A stretch of DNA of 64,000 nt from Felis catus (Eukaryota), in contig NC_058369.1 in NCBI RefSeq assembly GCF_018350175.1, positions 19,904,001 through 19,968,000 of the forward strand, in the 5' to 3' direction. Every line of letters starts with the position of its first letter. Position 1 is the stretch's first letter. Shown here piece after piece: positions 50,149 to 62,769 of this stretch. Position numbers and translations under genes: made by a program. The notes under the pieces are model-generated. The model had not been told where the DNA came from. It did not search any database and was given only the letters and a program-made list of their open reading frames with translations.

Positions 50149-52320
50149 AGGATAGTTCTATTTTTAATTTTTTGAGGAACCTCCATACTGTTTTCCAGAG
50201 TGGCTGTACCAGTTTGCATTCCCACCCGCAGTGCAAGAGGGTTCCCCTCTCTCCACATCCTTTCCAACATCTGTTGTTTCCTGACTTGTTAATTTTAGCC
50301 ACTCTGATAGGTGTGAGGTGGTACCTCATTGTGGTTGTGATTTGTATTTCCCTGATGATGAGTGATGTTGAACATCATTTCATGTGTCTGTCAGCCATCT
50401 GGATGTCTTCTTTGGAAAAGTGTCTATTCATGTCTTCTGCCCATTTCTTCACTGGATCGTTTGGTTTTTGGGTGTTGAGTTTGCTAACTTCTTTATAGAT
50501 TTTGGATTCTAACCCTTTATCTGGTATGCCATTTGCAAATGTCTTCTCCCATTCTGTAGACTTTTAGTTTTGTGGATTGTTTCCTTTGCTGTGCAGAAGC
50601 TTTTTATCTTCATGAGGTCCCAATAGTTCATTTTTGCTTTTATTTACCTTGATTCTGGAGACATGTGTATTAGGAAGTTGCTGCAGCCAAGGTCAAAGAG
50701 GTTGTTTGTTGCCTATTTTCTCCTCTAGGATTTTGACGGTTTCCTGTCTTACATTTACGTCTTTCATCTATTTTGAATTTATTTTTGTGTAAGGTGTAAG
50801 AAAGTGGTCCAGTTTCATTCTTCATGTCACTGTGCAGTTTTCCCAACACCATTTGCTGAAGAGACTTTTTTTTTTTTCCATTTGATATTCATCCTGCTTT
50901 GTCGGAGATTAGTTGACCATACATTTGTGGGTACATTTCTGGGTTCTCTGTTTTGTTCCATTGATTTATGTGTTTATGTTTTTGTTCCATTGATTTATGA
51001 ATTTATGTTTCTGTGCCAGTATCATACTGTCTTGATGATTACAGCTTTATAATACAGCTTGAGGTCGGGAATTGTGATGCTTCCAGCTTTCCTTTTCTTT
51101 TTCAACATTCCTTTGGCTATTCAGGGTCTTTTGTGGCTCCAAACAAATTTTAGGATTGTTTTTTCTAGCTCTGTGAAGAATGCTGATGTTATTTTGATGG
51201 AGATTACATTGAATGTGTACATTGCTTTGGGTAGTATCAACATTTTAACAATATTTATTCTTCCAATCCATGAGCACAGAATTTTTTCCATTTCTTTGAG
51301 TCTTCTTCAGTTTCTTTCATAAGCTTTCTGTAGTTTTCAGTATAGATCTTTTACCTCTTTGGTTAGGTTTATTCCTAGGTATCTTATGGTTTTTGGTGCA
51401 ATTGTAAATGGGATCGATTCCTTGATTTCTCTTTCTGCTACATCATTATTGGTGTATAGAAGTGCAACCAGTTTCTGTACATTGATTTTATATGCTGTGA
51501 CTTTGCTGAATTCATACATGAGTTCTAGCAGTTTTTTGGTGGATTCTTTCAGATTTTCCATGTAGAGCATCATGTCATCTGCAAAGAGTGAAAGTTTGAC
51601 TTCTTCTTTGCCAATTGCATGCCTTTTCTTTCTTTTTGTTGTCTGATTGCTGAGGCTATGACTTCCAGTACTATGTTGAAGAATAGTGTTGAGAGTGGAC
51701 ATCCATGTTATGTTCCTGACCTTAGGAGGAAAGCTCCGTTTTTCCCCATTGAGGATGATATTAGTTGTAGGCTTTTTATATATGGCCTTTATAAAATTGA
51801 GAAATATTCCTTCTATCCCTATTTTCTTGAGGGTTTTTAATCAAGAAACGATGCTGTATATTGTCACATGCTTTTTCTGCATCTATTGAGAAGACCATGC
51901 AGTTATTAATCCTTTCTTTTGTTAATGTGATATATCATGTTGATTGATTTGCAGATACTGAGCCAGCTCTGCAGCCCAGGAGGAAATCGACTTGAATGTG
52001 GTGAATGATTTTTTTATAGTATTGTTGGATTTGATATGGCAGTATCTTGTTGGGAATTTTGGCATCCATGTTCGTCAGGGAAATTGGTCTGTAACTCTCC
52101 TTTTTAGTGGGGTCTTTGTCTGATTTTGGAATTAAGGTAATAGTGGCCCCATAGAATGAGTTTGTAAGTTTTCCTTCCATTTCTATTCTTTGGAATAGCT
52201 TCAAAAGAATAGGTATTAACTCCCCTTTAAGTGTTCAGTAGAATTCCCCTGGAAAGGCATCCAGCTCTGGACTCTTTTTTTGGGAGATTTTTGATTACTG
52301 ATTCATTATCTTTACTGGTT

Positions 52321-55027
52321 GACCCATAACCAGTAAGTAAATTGAATTAGTAATCAAAAATCTGCTAAAAAACAAAAGTCCAGGGCCAGGTGGCTTTCCA
52401 GGTGAATTGTACCAAACATTTAAGGAAGAGTTAACACCTATTCTCTTCAAGATGTTCCAAAACATAGAAATGGAAGGAAAACTTCCAAACTCATTCTATG
52501 AAGCCAGCATTACCTTGATTCAAAAACCAGACAGAGACCCCACTAAAAAGAACTGTAGACCAATTTCCCTGATGAACATGGATGCAAAAATCCTCAACAA
52601 GATATTAGCCAACCAGACCCAACAATACATTAAAAAAATTATTCACCACGACCAGGTGGGATTTATACCTGGGATGCAGGGCTGGTTCAATACCCACAAA
52701 ACGATCAATGTGATTCATCACATCAATAAAAGAAAGGACAAGAACCACATGATCCTTTCAGTAGATGCAGAGAAAGCATTTGACAAAACACATTATCCTT
52801 TCTTGATAAAAACCCTCAAGAAAGTAGGGACAGAAGGAGCATACCTCAAAATCATAGAAGCCATATATGAAAGACCCAACGCTAATATCATCCTCAATGG
52901 GGAAAAACTGAGAGCTTTCCCCCTAAGGTCAGAACTGAGACAGGGATGTCCACTCTCATCACTGTTATTCAACTAAGTATTGGAAGTCTTAGCCTCTGTA
53001 ATAAGACAACACAGAGAAATAAAAGGCATCCAGATTGGCCAGGAGCAGGTCAAATTTTCGCTCTTCGCAGATGACATGATATTCTATATGGAAAACCCAA
53101 AAGATTCCACCAAAGACTGCTAGAATTGATTCATGAATTCAGCAAAGTTGCAGGACATAAAATCAATGCACAGAAATCAGTTGTATTCCTATTCACCAAC
53201 AATGAAGGGACAGAAAGAGAAATCAAGGAATTGATCCCATTTACAGTTGTACAAAAAAACCCCATAAAATACCCATGATTAAATCTAACCAAAGAGGAGA
53301 AAAATCTATACACTGAAAACTATAGAAAGCTTTTGAAGGAAATTGAAGAAGACACAAAGAAATGGAAAAAGATTCCATGCTCCTGGATAGGAAGAACAAA
53401 TATTGTTAAAATGCCAATAGTACCCAAAGCAATCTACATGTTCAATGCAATCCTTATCAAAATAAAACCAGCATTCTTCACAGAGCTAAAACAAATAATC
53501 CTAAAATTTGTATGGAACCAGAAAAGACCCCAAATAGCCAAAGCAATCTTGAAAAAGAAAACCAAAGCAGGAGGCATCACAATCCCAGACTTCAAGCTAT
53601 ACTACAAAGCTGTAAGCATCAAGGCAGTATGGTGTTGGCACAAGAACAGACATTCAGATCAATGGAACAGAATAGAGAACCCAGAAATGGACCCACACAC
53701 ATATGGCCAACTCATCTCTGACAAAGCAGGAAAGAATATCCAGTGGAATAAAGACAGTCTCTTCAGCAAGTGATGCTGGGAAAACTGGACAGCGACATGC
53801 AGAAGAATGAACCTGGCCCACTTTCTTACACCATACACAAAAATAAACTCAAAATGGATGAAAGACCTCAATGTAAGACAGGAAGCCGTCAAAATCCTCA
53901 AGGGGAAAGCAGGCAAAAACCTCTTTGACCTTGGCCACAGCAACTTCTTACTCAACATGTCTCTGGAGGCAAGGGAAACAAAAGCAAAAATGAACTACTG
54001 GGACCTCATCAAAATAAAAAGCTTTTGCACAGCGAAGGAAACAATCAGCAAAACTAAAAGGCAACTGACAGAATGGGAGAAGATATTTGCAGATGACATT
54101 TCAGATAAAGGGTTAGTATCCAAAATCTACAAAGAACTTATCAAACTCAACACCCAAAAACAAATAATCCAGTGAAGAAATGGGCACAAGACATGAATAG
54201 ACCCTTCTTCAGAGAAGACATCCAGATGGCCAACCGACACATGAAAAAAATGCTCAACGTCCCTCATCATCAGGGAAATACAAATGAAAACCACAATGAG
54301 ATACCACCTTACACCTGTCAGAATGGCTAACATTAACAACTCAGGCAACAATAGATGTTGGCAAGGATGCGGAGAGAGAGGATCCCTTTTGCACTGCTGG
54401 TGGGAATGCAAGCTGGTGCAGCCACTCTGGAAAACAGTATGGAGGTTCCTCAAAAAATTAAAAATAGACCTACCCTATGACCCAGCAATTGCACTACTAG
54501 GCATTTATCCAAGGGATACAGGTGTGCTATTTCAAAGGGACACATGCACCCCCATAGCAGCATTATCAACAATAGCCAAAGTATGGAAAGAGCCTAAATG
54601 TCCATCAATGGATGAATGGATAAAGAAGATGTGGTATGTATATACAATGGGGTATTACTCGCCAATCAAAAAGAATGAAATCTTAACCATTTGCAACTAC
54701 GTGGATGGAACTAGAGGGTAGTATTAAATGAAATTAGTCAGAGAAAGACAAAAATCATATGACTTCACTCATATGAGGACTTTAAGAGACAAAACAGATG
54801 AACATAAGGGAAGGGAAACAAAAATAATATAAAAACAGGGAAGGGGACAAAACAGAAGAGACTCATAAATATGGAGAACAAACTGAGGGTTACTGGAGGG
54901 GTTGTGCTTGGGTGGGCTAAATGGGTAAGGGGCACTAAGGAATCTACTCCTGAAATCATTGTTGCACTATATGGCTAACTAATTTGCATGTAAATTTTTA
55001 AAAGTAAAAAATAAAATAAAATAAATA
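52321..55027 (+). mobile_element. 5'-truncated L1 (2.7 kb) inserted antisense into the older L1
   Basis: ORF2 remnants at 52407-52976, 53333-53773, 53807-54175 and 54284-54721, with A tail. TSD tatctttactggtt at 52307-52320 and 55028-55041. Confidence 0.93.
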
Positions 55028-55955
55028 TATCTTTACTGGTTATGGGTCTGTTCAAATTTTCTATTCCTGTTTCAATTTGGTAGTTTATATGTTTCTAGGA
55101 ATTTATTAATTTCTTCCAGATTGCCCTATTTGTTGGCATATAATTGCTCATAATATTCTCTTATTGTTTGTATTTCTGTGTTGTTGATTGTGATCTCTCC
55201 TCTTTCATTCGTAATTTTATTTCAATCATTTCCCTTTTCTTTTTGATAAATCTGGCTGGGTTCATTAATTTTGTTAATTATTTCAAAGAACCAGCTCCTA
55301 GTTTTATTGATCTGTTCTACTCATTTTTTTATATATCATTGACTTCTGTTTTAATCTTTATTATTTCTCTTCTTCTGCTGTTTTGAGACTTTATTTACTG
55401 TTCTCTTTTTCAGCTCTTATCGATGCAAGGTGAAGTTGTGTATTTGAGACCTTTATTCTTTCTCTAGGAAAGCCTGGATTGCTATATACTTTCCTCTTAT
55501 GGCCACCTTTGCTGCATCCCAAAGATTTTGGGCCATCATTTTTTCATTAATCATTGGCTTCCATATACTTTTATTTCCTCTATAACATCTTGGTTAACTC
55601 ATACATTCTTTAGTAGGATGTTTTTTAATCTCTAAGTATTTATGGTCTTTCCAAATTTTTTCTTGTGGTTGATTTCGAGTTTTATAGCATTGTGGTCTGA
55701 AAATATGCATGGTATGATATCAATCTTTTTGTACTTGTTGAGGGCTGATATGTGACCCAGTGTGTGATCTATTCTGGAGACTGTTCCATGTTCACTCAAG
55801 AAGAATGTGTATTCCACTGTTTAGGATGAAATGTTCTGAATATATCTGTTAAGTTCATCTGGTCCAGTGTGTCATTCAAAGCCATTGTTTCCTTGTGGAT
55901 TTTCTACTTAGATGATCTGTCCATTGCTGTAGGTGAGGTATTAAAGTCCCCTAAT

Positions 55956-56155
55956 GGGGCGCCTGGGTGGCGCAGTCGGTTGAGCGTCCGACTTCAGCCA
56001 GGTCACGATCTCGCGGTCTGTGAGTTCGAGCCCCGCGTCCGGCTCTGGGCTGACGGCTCAGAGCCTGGAGCCTGTTTCCGATTCTGTGTCTCCCTCTCTC
56101 TCTGCCCCTCCCCCGTTCATGCTCTGTCTCTCTCTGTCCCAAAAATAAACAAACT
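55956..56155 (+). mobile_element. Young SINEC_Fc with almost no A tail
   Basis: TSD ttaaagtccccta at 55941-55953 and 56156-56168. Confidence 0.95.
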
Positions 56156-57147
56156 TTAAAGTCCCCTACTATTACTATGATATTATTATCATGAATTTAT
56201 GTTTATGATTAATTGATTTATATATCTGGCCTCTTCCAAGTTGGGAGCATAAATATTTACAATTGTTAGATCTTCTTGATGAATAGACCCCTTAATTATG
56301 ATATAATGTGTTTCTTCATCTCTTGTACAGTCTTTGTTTTAAAATCTAGTTTGTCTGATATAAGTATGGCAACTCAGGCTTTCTTTTGATGCCCATTAGC
56401 ATGATAGATTGTTCTCCATTCCCTTACTTTCAATCTGCAGGTGTGTTAGGTCTAAAATGTGTCTTTGTAGGCAACATAGAGATTGTTTTTTATTCATTCT
56501 GATAAACTGTGTCTTTTGATTGAAGAATTTAGTCCACTTACATTTAGAGTGATTATTGAAAGATATGAACTGAGTGCCATTGTGTTGCCTGTAGAGTTGA
56601 CGTTTCTGGTGATGTTCTTTTTATTTTTATTTTATTTTTATTGAATATTCTTTTTTTTTTTAATTTACATCCAAGTTAGTTAGCATATAGTGCAACAATG
56701 ATTTCAGGAGTAGATTCCTTAATGCCCCTTACCCATTTAGCCCATTCCCCCCCCCCCACAACCCATACAGTAACCCTGTTTGTTCTCCATATTTAAGAGT
56801 CTCTTAGGTTTTGTCCCCCTCGCTGTTTTTATATGATTTTTGCTTCCCTTTCCTTGTGTTCATCTGTTCTGTGTCTTAGCACTCATATGAGTGAAGTCAT
56901 ATATTTGTCTTTCTCTGACTGACTAATTTCACTTAGGATAATACCCTCTAGTTCCATCCACATAGTTGCAAATGGCAAAATTTCTTTCTTTTTGATTACC
57001 GAGTAATACTCCATTGTATATATTACCACATCTTCTTTATCCATTCATCCACCGATGGACATTTGGGCTCTTTCCATACCTTGGCTATTGTTGATAGTGC
57101 TGCTATAAACATGGTAGTGCATGTGTCCCTTCAAAACAGTACACCTG

Positions 57148-57858
57148 AGCCTAAATGTCCATCAACTGATGAATGGGCAAAGAAATTGTGGTTTATATAC
57201 ACAATGGAATACTACGTGGCAGTGAGAAAGAATGAAATATGGCCTTTTGTAGCAACGTGGATGGAACTGGAGAGTGTTATGCTAAGTGAAATAAGTCATA
57301 CAGAGAAAGACAGATACCATATGTTTTCACTCTTTTTTTTTATTTTAAAAAAAAATTTTTTTTCAACGTTTTTATTTATTTTTGGGACAGAGAGAGACAG
57401 AGCATGAACGGGGGAGGGGCAGAGAGAGAGGGAGACGTAGAATCGGAAACAGGCTCCAGGCTCTGAGCCATCAGCCCAGAGACTGATGCGGGGCTCGAAC
57501 TCACGGACCGTGAGATCGTGACCTGGCTGAAGTCGGACGCTTAACCGACTGCGCCACCCAGGCGCCCCCAATATGTTTTCACTCTTATGTGGGTCCTGAG
57601 AAACTTAACAGAAACCCATGGGGGAGGGGAAGGAAAATAAAAAAAGGTTAGAGAGGGAAGGAGCCAAAACATAAGAGACTCTTAAAAACTGAGAACAAAC
57701 TGAGGGTTAATGGGGGGTGGGAAGGAGAGGAGGGTGGGTGATGGGTATTGAGGAGGGCACCTATTGGGGATGAGCACTGGGTATTGTATGGAAACCAATT
57801 TGACAGTAAATTTCATATTAAAAATAATAATAAATTTAAAATTTTTTTTTCTTAAAAA
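57148..57858 (+). mobile_element. Young L1 3' fragment nested antisense in the older L1, itself carrying a SINE
   Basis: 15-bp TSD aaaacagtacacctg at 57133-57147 and 57859-57873. Confidence 0.93.
57335..57570 (-). mobile_element. Young SINEC_Fc
   Basis: TSD atatgttttcactctt at 57319-57334 and 57571-57586. Confidence 0.96.
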
Positions 57859-60800
57859 AAAAACAGTACACCTGTATCCCTTGGATAAATGCCTAGTAGT
57901 GCAATTGCTGGGTCATAGGGTAGGTCTATTTTTAATTTTTTGAGGAACCTCCATACTGTTTTCCAGAGTGGCTGCACCAGCTTGCATTCCCACCAGCAGT
58001 GCAAAAGGGATCCTCTCTCTCCGCATCCTTGCCAACATCTATTGTTGCCTGAGTTGTTAATGTTAGCCATTCTGACAGGTGTAAGGTGGTATCTCATTGT
58101 GGTTTTCATTTGTATTTCCCTGATGATGAGGGACGTTGAGCATTTTTTTCATGTGTCGGTTGGCCATCTGGATGTCTTCTCTGAAGAAGGGTCTATTCAT
58201 GTCTTGTGCCCATTTCTTCACTGGATTATTTGTTTTTGGGTGTTGAGTTTGATAAGTTCTTTGTAGATTTTGGATACTAACCCTTTATCTGAAATGTCAT
58301 CTGCAAATATCTTCTCCCATTCTGTCAGTTGCCTTTTAGTTTTGCTGATTGTTTCCTTCGCTGTGCAAAAGCTTTTTATTTTGATGAGGTCCCAGTAGTT
58401 CATTTTTGCTTTTGTTTCCCTTGCCTCCAGAGACATGTTGAGTAAGAAGTTGCTGTGGCCAAGGTCAAAGAGGTTTTTGCCTGCTTTCCCCTTGAGGATT
58501 TTGACGGCTTCCTGTCTTACATTGAGGTCTTTCATCCATTTTGAGTTTATTTTTGTGTATGGTGTAAGAAAGTGGGCCAGGTTCATTCTTCTGCATGTCG
58601 CTGTCCAGTTTTCCCAGCATCACTTGCTGAAGAGACTGTCTTTATTCCACTGGATATTCTTTCCTGCTTTGTCAGAGATGAGTTGGCCATATGTGTGTGG
58701 GTCCATTTCTGGGTTCTCTATTCTGTTCCATTGATCTGAATGTCTGTTCTTGTGCCAGTACCATACTGTCTTGATGATACAGCTTTGTAATACATCTTGA
58801 AGTCCAGGATTGTGATGGTTTTGGTTTTCTTTTTCGAGATTGCCTTCACTATTTGGGGTCTTTTCTCGTTACATACAAAGTAGGGTTGTTCTAGCTCTGT
58901 GAAGAATGCTGGTGTTATTTTGATAGGTATTGCATTAAATATATAGATTGCTTTGGGTACTATTGGCATTTTAACAATATTTGTTCTTCCTATCCAGGAA
59001 CATGGAATCTTTTTCAATTTTTTTGTATCTTCTTCAATTTCCTTCATAAGCTTTCTGTCATTTTCAATGTATAGATTTTTCACCTCTTTAGTCAGATTTA
59101 TTCCTAGGTATTTTATGGTTTTTTGTGCAACTGTACATGGGATCGATTCCTTGATTTCTCTTTCTGTTGCTTCATTGTTGGTGTGTAGGAATGCAACTGA
59201 TTTCTGTGCCTTGATTTTATATCCTGTGACTTTGCTGAATTCATGGATCAGTTCTAGCAGTTTTTTGTGGAATTTTTTGGGTTTTTCCTATAGCATATCA
59301 TGTCAACTGCGAAGAGGGGAGTTTGACCTCCTCCTGGAAGATTTGAGTGTCTCTTGTTTCTTTGTGTTGTCTGGTTGTTGAGGCTAAGTCTTCCAATACT
59401 TAGTTGAATAACAGTGGTGATAGTGGACATCCCTGTCTTGTTCCTGACCTTAGGGGAATGCTCTCAGTTTTCCCCATTGAGTATATTAGCACTAGGTCTT
59501 TCATATATGACTTTTATGATCTTGAGGTATGCTCCTTCTGTCCCTACTTACTTGAGGGTTTTTATCAAGAAAGGGTAATGTGTTTTGTCAAATGCTTTCT
59601 CTGCATCTATTGAGAGGATCATGTGGTTCTTGTCCTTTCTTTTATTAATGTGATGAATTACATTGATTGTTTTGTGGATATTGAACCAGCCCTACATCCC
59701 ACGTATAAATCCCACTTGGTCGTGGTGAATAATTTTTTTAATGTATTGTTGGATCCTGTTGGCTAATATCTTGTGAGGATTTTTGCATCCATGTTCATCA
59801 GGGAAATTGGTCTATATTTCTCCTTTTTAGTGGGGTCTCTGTATGGTTTTGGAATCAAGGTAATGGTGGCTTCATAGAAAGAGTTTGGAAGTTTTCCTTC
59901 CATTTCTATGTTTTGGAACAGCCTCAGGAGAATAGGTGTCAACTCTTCCTTACATGTTTGGTACAATTACCCTGGGAAGCCATCTGGCCCTGGACTCTTG
60001 TTTTTAGGTAGAGTTTTGATTACTAATTCAATTTCTTTACTGGTTATGGATCTGTTCAAATTTTCTGTTTCTTCCTGTTTCAGGTTTGCTAGTGCATATG
60101 TTTCTAGGCATTTGTTCATTTCTTCCAGATTGGCCATTTTGTTGACATATAATTGGTTATAACATTCTCTTATTATTGTTTTTATTTCTGCTGTATTGGT
60201 TGTGATCTCTCCTCTTTCATTCTTGATCTTATTTATTTGGGTCCTTTTCTCTTACTTTTTGATCAACCTGGATAGTGGTTTATCAATTTTGTTAATTCTT
60301 TCAAAGAACCAGCTTCTGGTTTCATTGATCTGTTCTATGTTCTAGTGTTTTTTTAATTTTGTTTTGTTTTTTGTTTGGGTTGGTTTGGTTTGGTTTGGTG
60401 TGGTTTCAATAACATTGATTTCTGCTCTAATCTTTATTATTTCCTGTCTTCTGCTGGTTTGGGGTTTTATTTTGTTCTTTTGCCAGCTCTTTAAGGTGTA
60501 AGGTTAGGTTGTGTATCTGAGACCTTTCCTCCTTCTTTAGGAAGGCCTGGATTGCTATATACTTTCGTTTTATGACTGCCTTTGCTGTGTCCCAGAGGTT
60601 TTGGGCTGTGGTGTTATCCTTTTCATAGGCTTCCATATACTTTTTAACTTCCTCTTTAACTTCTTCGTTGGCCTGTTCATTCTTTAGTAGGATGTTCTTT
60701 AGTCTCCCAAGTATTTGTTACCTTTCCAAATTTTTTCTTGTGGTTGATTTCGAGTTTCATAGCGTGATCTGAAAATATGCATGGTATGATCTCGATCTTT

Positions 60801-62769
60801 TTGTACTTGCTGAGGGCTGATTTGTGTCCAGGTATGTGGTCTATTCTGGAGAAAGTTCCATGTGCACTGAGGAAGAATGTATATTTCGCTACTTTAGGTT
60901 GAAATGTTCTGAATATATCTGTTAAGTCCATCTGGTCCAATGTGTCATTCAAAGCCATTGTTTCCTTGTTGATTTTCTGGTTAGATGATCTGTCCATTGT
61001 TGTAGGTGGGGTGTTGAAGTCCCCTACTATTATGGTATTATTATCAATGAGTCTCATTATGTTTGTGATTAATTTATATATTTGGGTTTTCACACATTTG
61101 GAGCATAAATGTTTAAAATTTTTAGGTCTTCTTGGTGGATAGACCCCTTAATTATGATATAATGCCCTTCTTCATCTCTTGACACAGTCTTTATTTTAAA
61201 CTCTAGACTGTCTGATAGAAGTATGGCTACTCCGGCTTTCTTTTGTTGACCATTAACATGATAGATGGTTCTCTATCCCCTTACTTTTATTATGAAGTAT
61301 TTATTTTATTTGGAGCATTTAGTCCGTTGTAGTTGATTGGAACATTTAGTCCACTGACGTTTAGAATGAGTATTGAAAGATAGGAATTTATTGCCATTGT
61401 GTTTCTTGTAGAGTTGGAGTTTCTGGTGGTGTTCTCTTGGTGTTTCTAGTGTTTATTGCTTTTTGTTTGTATGTATGTATGTATGTATTATTATTATTAT
61501 TTATTTAATTTTTAAAATCTTTTCTCGCCTGAGAGAGGCCCCTTTAAAGTTTCTTGCAAGGCTGGTTTAGTGGTCACAAACTCCTTTAATTTTTGTTTGT
61601 CTGGGAAACTTTTAATCTCTTCTTCTATTTTGAAGAGAGCCTTGCTGGATAAAGAATTCTTGGCTGCAAATTTTTCTAATTCAGCATATTGAATATATCC
61701 TGCCACTCCTTTCTGGCCTGCCATGTTTCTGTTGATAGGTCTGCTGCAAACCTGATCTGTCTTCCCTTGTAAGTTAAGGAATTCTTTTTCACTTGCTGCT
61801 TTAATGATTCTTTCCTTGCCTGAGTATTTTGTGAATTTGACTATGATATACCTTTTGATGGTCAGCTTTTGTTGAATCTAAAGGGAGTCCTCTTTGCTTC
61901 CTGGATTTTGATGTCTGTGTCTTTCCCCGGGTCAGGAAAGTTTCCTGCTATGATTTGTTCACATAACCCCTCTACCCCTTTTTCTCTCTCTTCCTCTTCT
62001 GGGACCCCTATGATTCTGATGTTCCTTTTTAATGAGTCACTGATTTCTCTAATTCTTAAATCGTGCTCTTTTGCCTTAGTCTCCCTCTTTTTTTTCTACT
62101 TCATTATTCTCCATAAGTTTGTCCTCTACATCGCTGATTCTCTGCTGTGCCTCATCCATCCTTGCCACCACGGCATCCATTAGAGATTGCAGCTCAGTTA
62201 TAGTATTTTTTACTTCATCCTGACTAGCTTTTACTTCTTTTATCTCTGCAGAAAGGAATTCTAATCTATTTTCGACCCCAGCTAGTATTCTTATTATCGT
62301 GATTCTAAATTCTGGTTCAGACATCTTGCTTGTATCTGTGTTGGTTAAGTCCCTGGCTGTTGTTTCTTCCTGCTCTTTCTTTTGGGGTGAATTCCTTTGT
62401 TTCATCATTTTGAAGAAGAAAAAGAATGAATGAGGTTAAAAATAATTAAAATTAAAAAATTAAAATTAAACAATTAAAAACAACACACACACACACACAC
62501 AAAGTCAAATAAAGGATGCTAGATCCTAGGTGTGTTTTGGTCTGGGTGTTGAAAGGGGCTTGATAGATTAGAGAAGAAAGGGGGGGGAAGGAAAACGTTT
62601 GAAAAGTTGAAAAAATGAATACAATGAAATAAACTGAAATGGTGGAAGTAAAACAGAATTTGAAATTTTTCAATAAAGTAAAAAATATAGTAGGAAAAAT
62701 TTAAGAAAATTATTTTTATTGTTTTTTATTGTTCCCTTCATTTTTATTTCTCTCACATAAAAGGACAAT

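Larger units (their letters stand above)
49932..56618 (-). mobile_element. Older L1 ORF2 body (3' end absent here), interrupted at 49943-50148, 52321-55027 and 55956-56155
   Basis: ORF2 remnants at 49961-50329, 51337-51702 (LSLFADDM), 51935-52204 and 55632-55817 (SDHN), colinear across the insertions. Confidence 0.88.
53636..58757. repeat. Inverted repeat with two identical 890-bp arms (53636-54525 and 57868-58757) and a 3342-bp spacer
   Basis: Mirror ORFs with identical translations whose coordinates sum to 112393. No mismatch seen in the stretches compared by eye. Mismatches start at 53635/58758 and 54526/57867. Confidence 0.92.
56620..62720 (-). mobile_element. Near-full-length older L1 (3'UTR, ORF2, ORF1, part of 5'UTR), decayed
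   Basis: ORF1 remnants at 62076-62408 (MMKQRNSPQKKEQEE) and 61512-61724. ORF2 remnants at 60677-61093 (GDFNTP), 59763-59966 and 58718-59083. Tail at about 56620-56662. Confidence 0.9.

Noticed and set aside
54526..57867. Spacer currently inverted between the identical arms
   Set aside because: The TSD pair 52307 / 55028 is still direct and the host L1 is colinear, so there is no net inversion in this haplotype.
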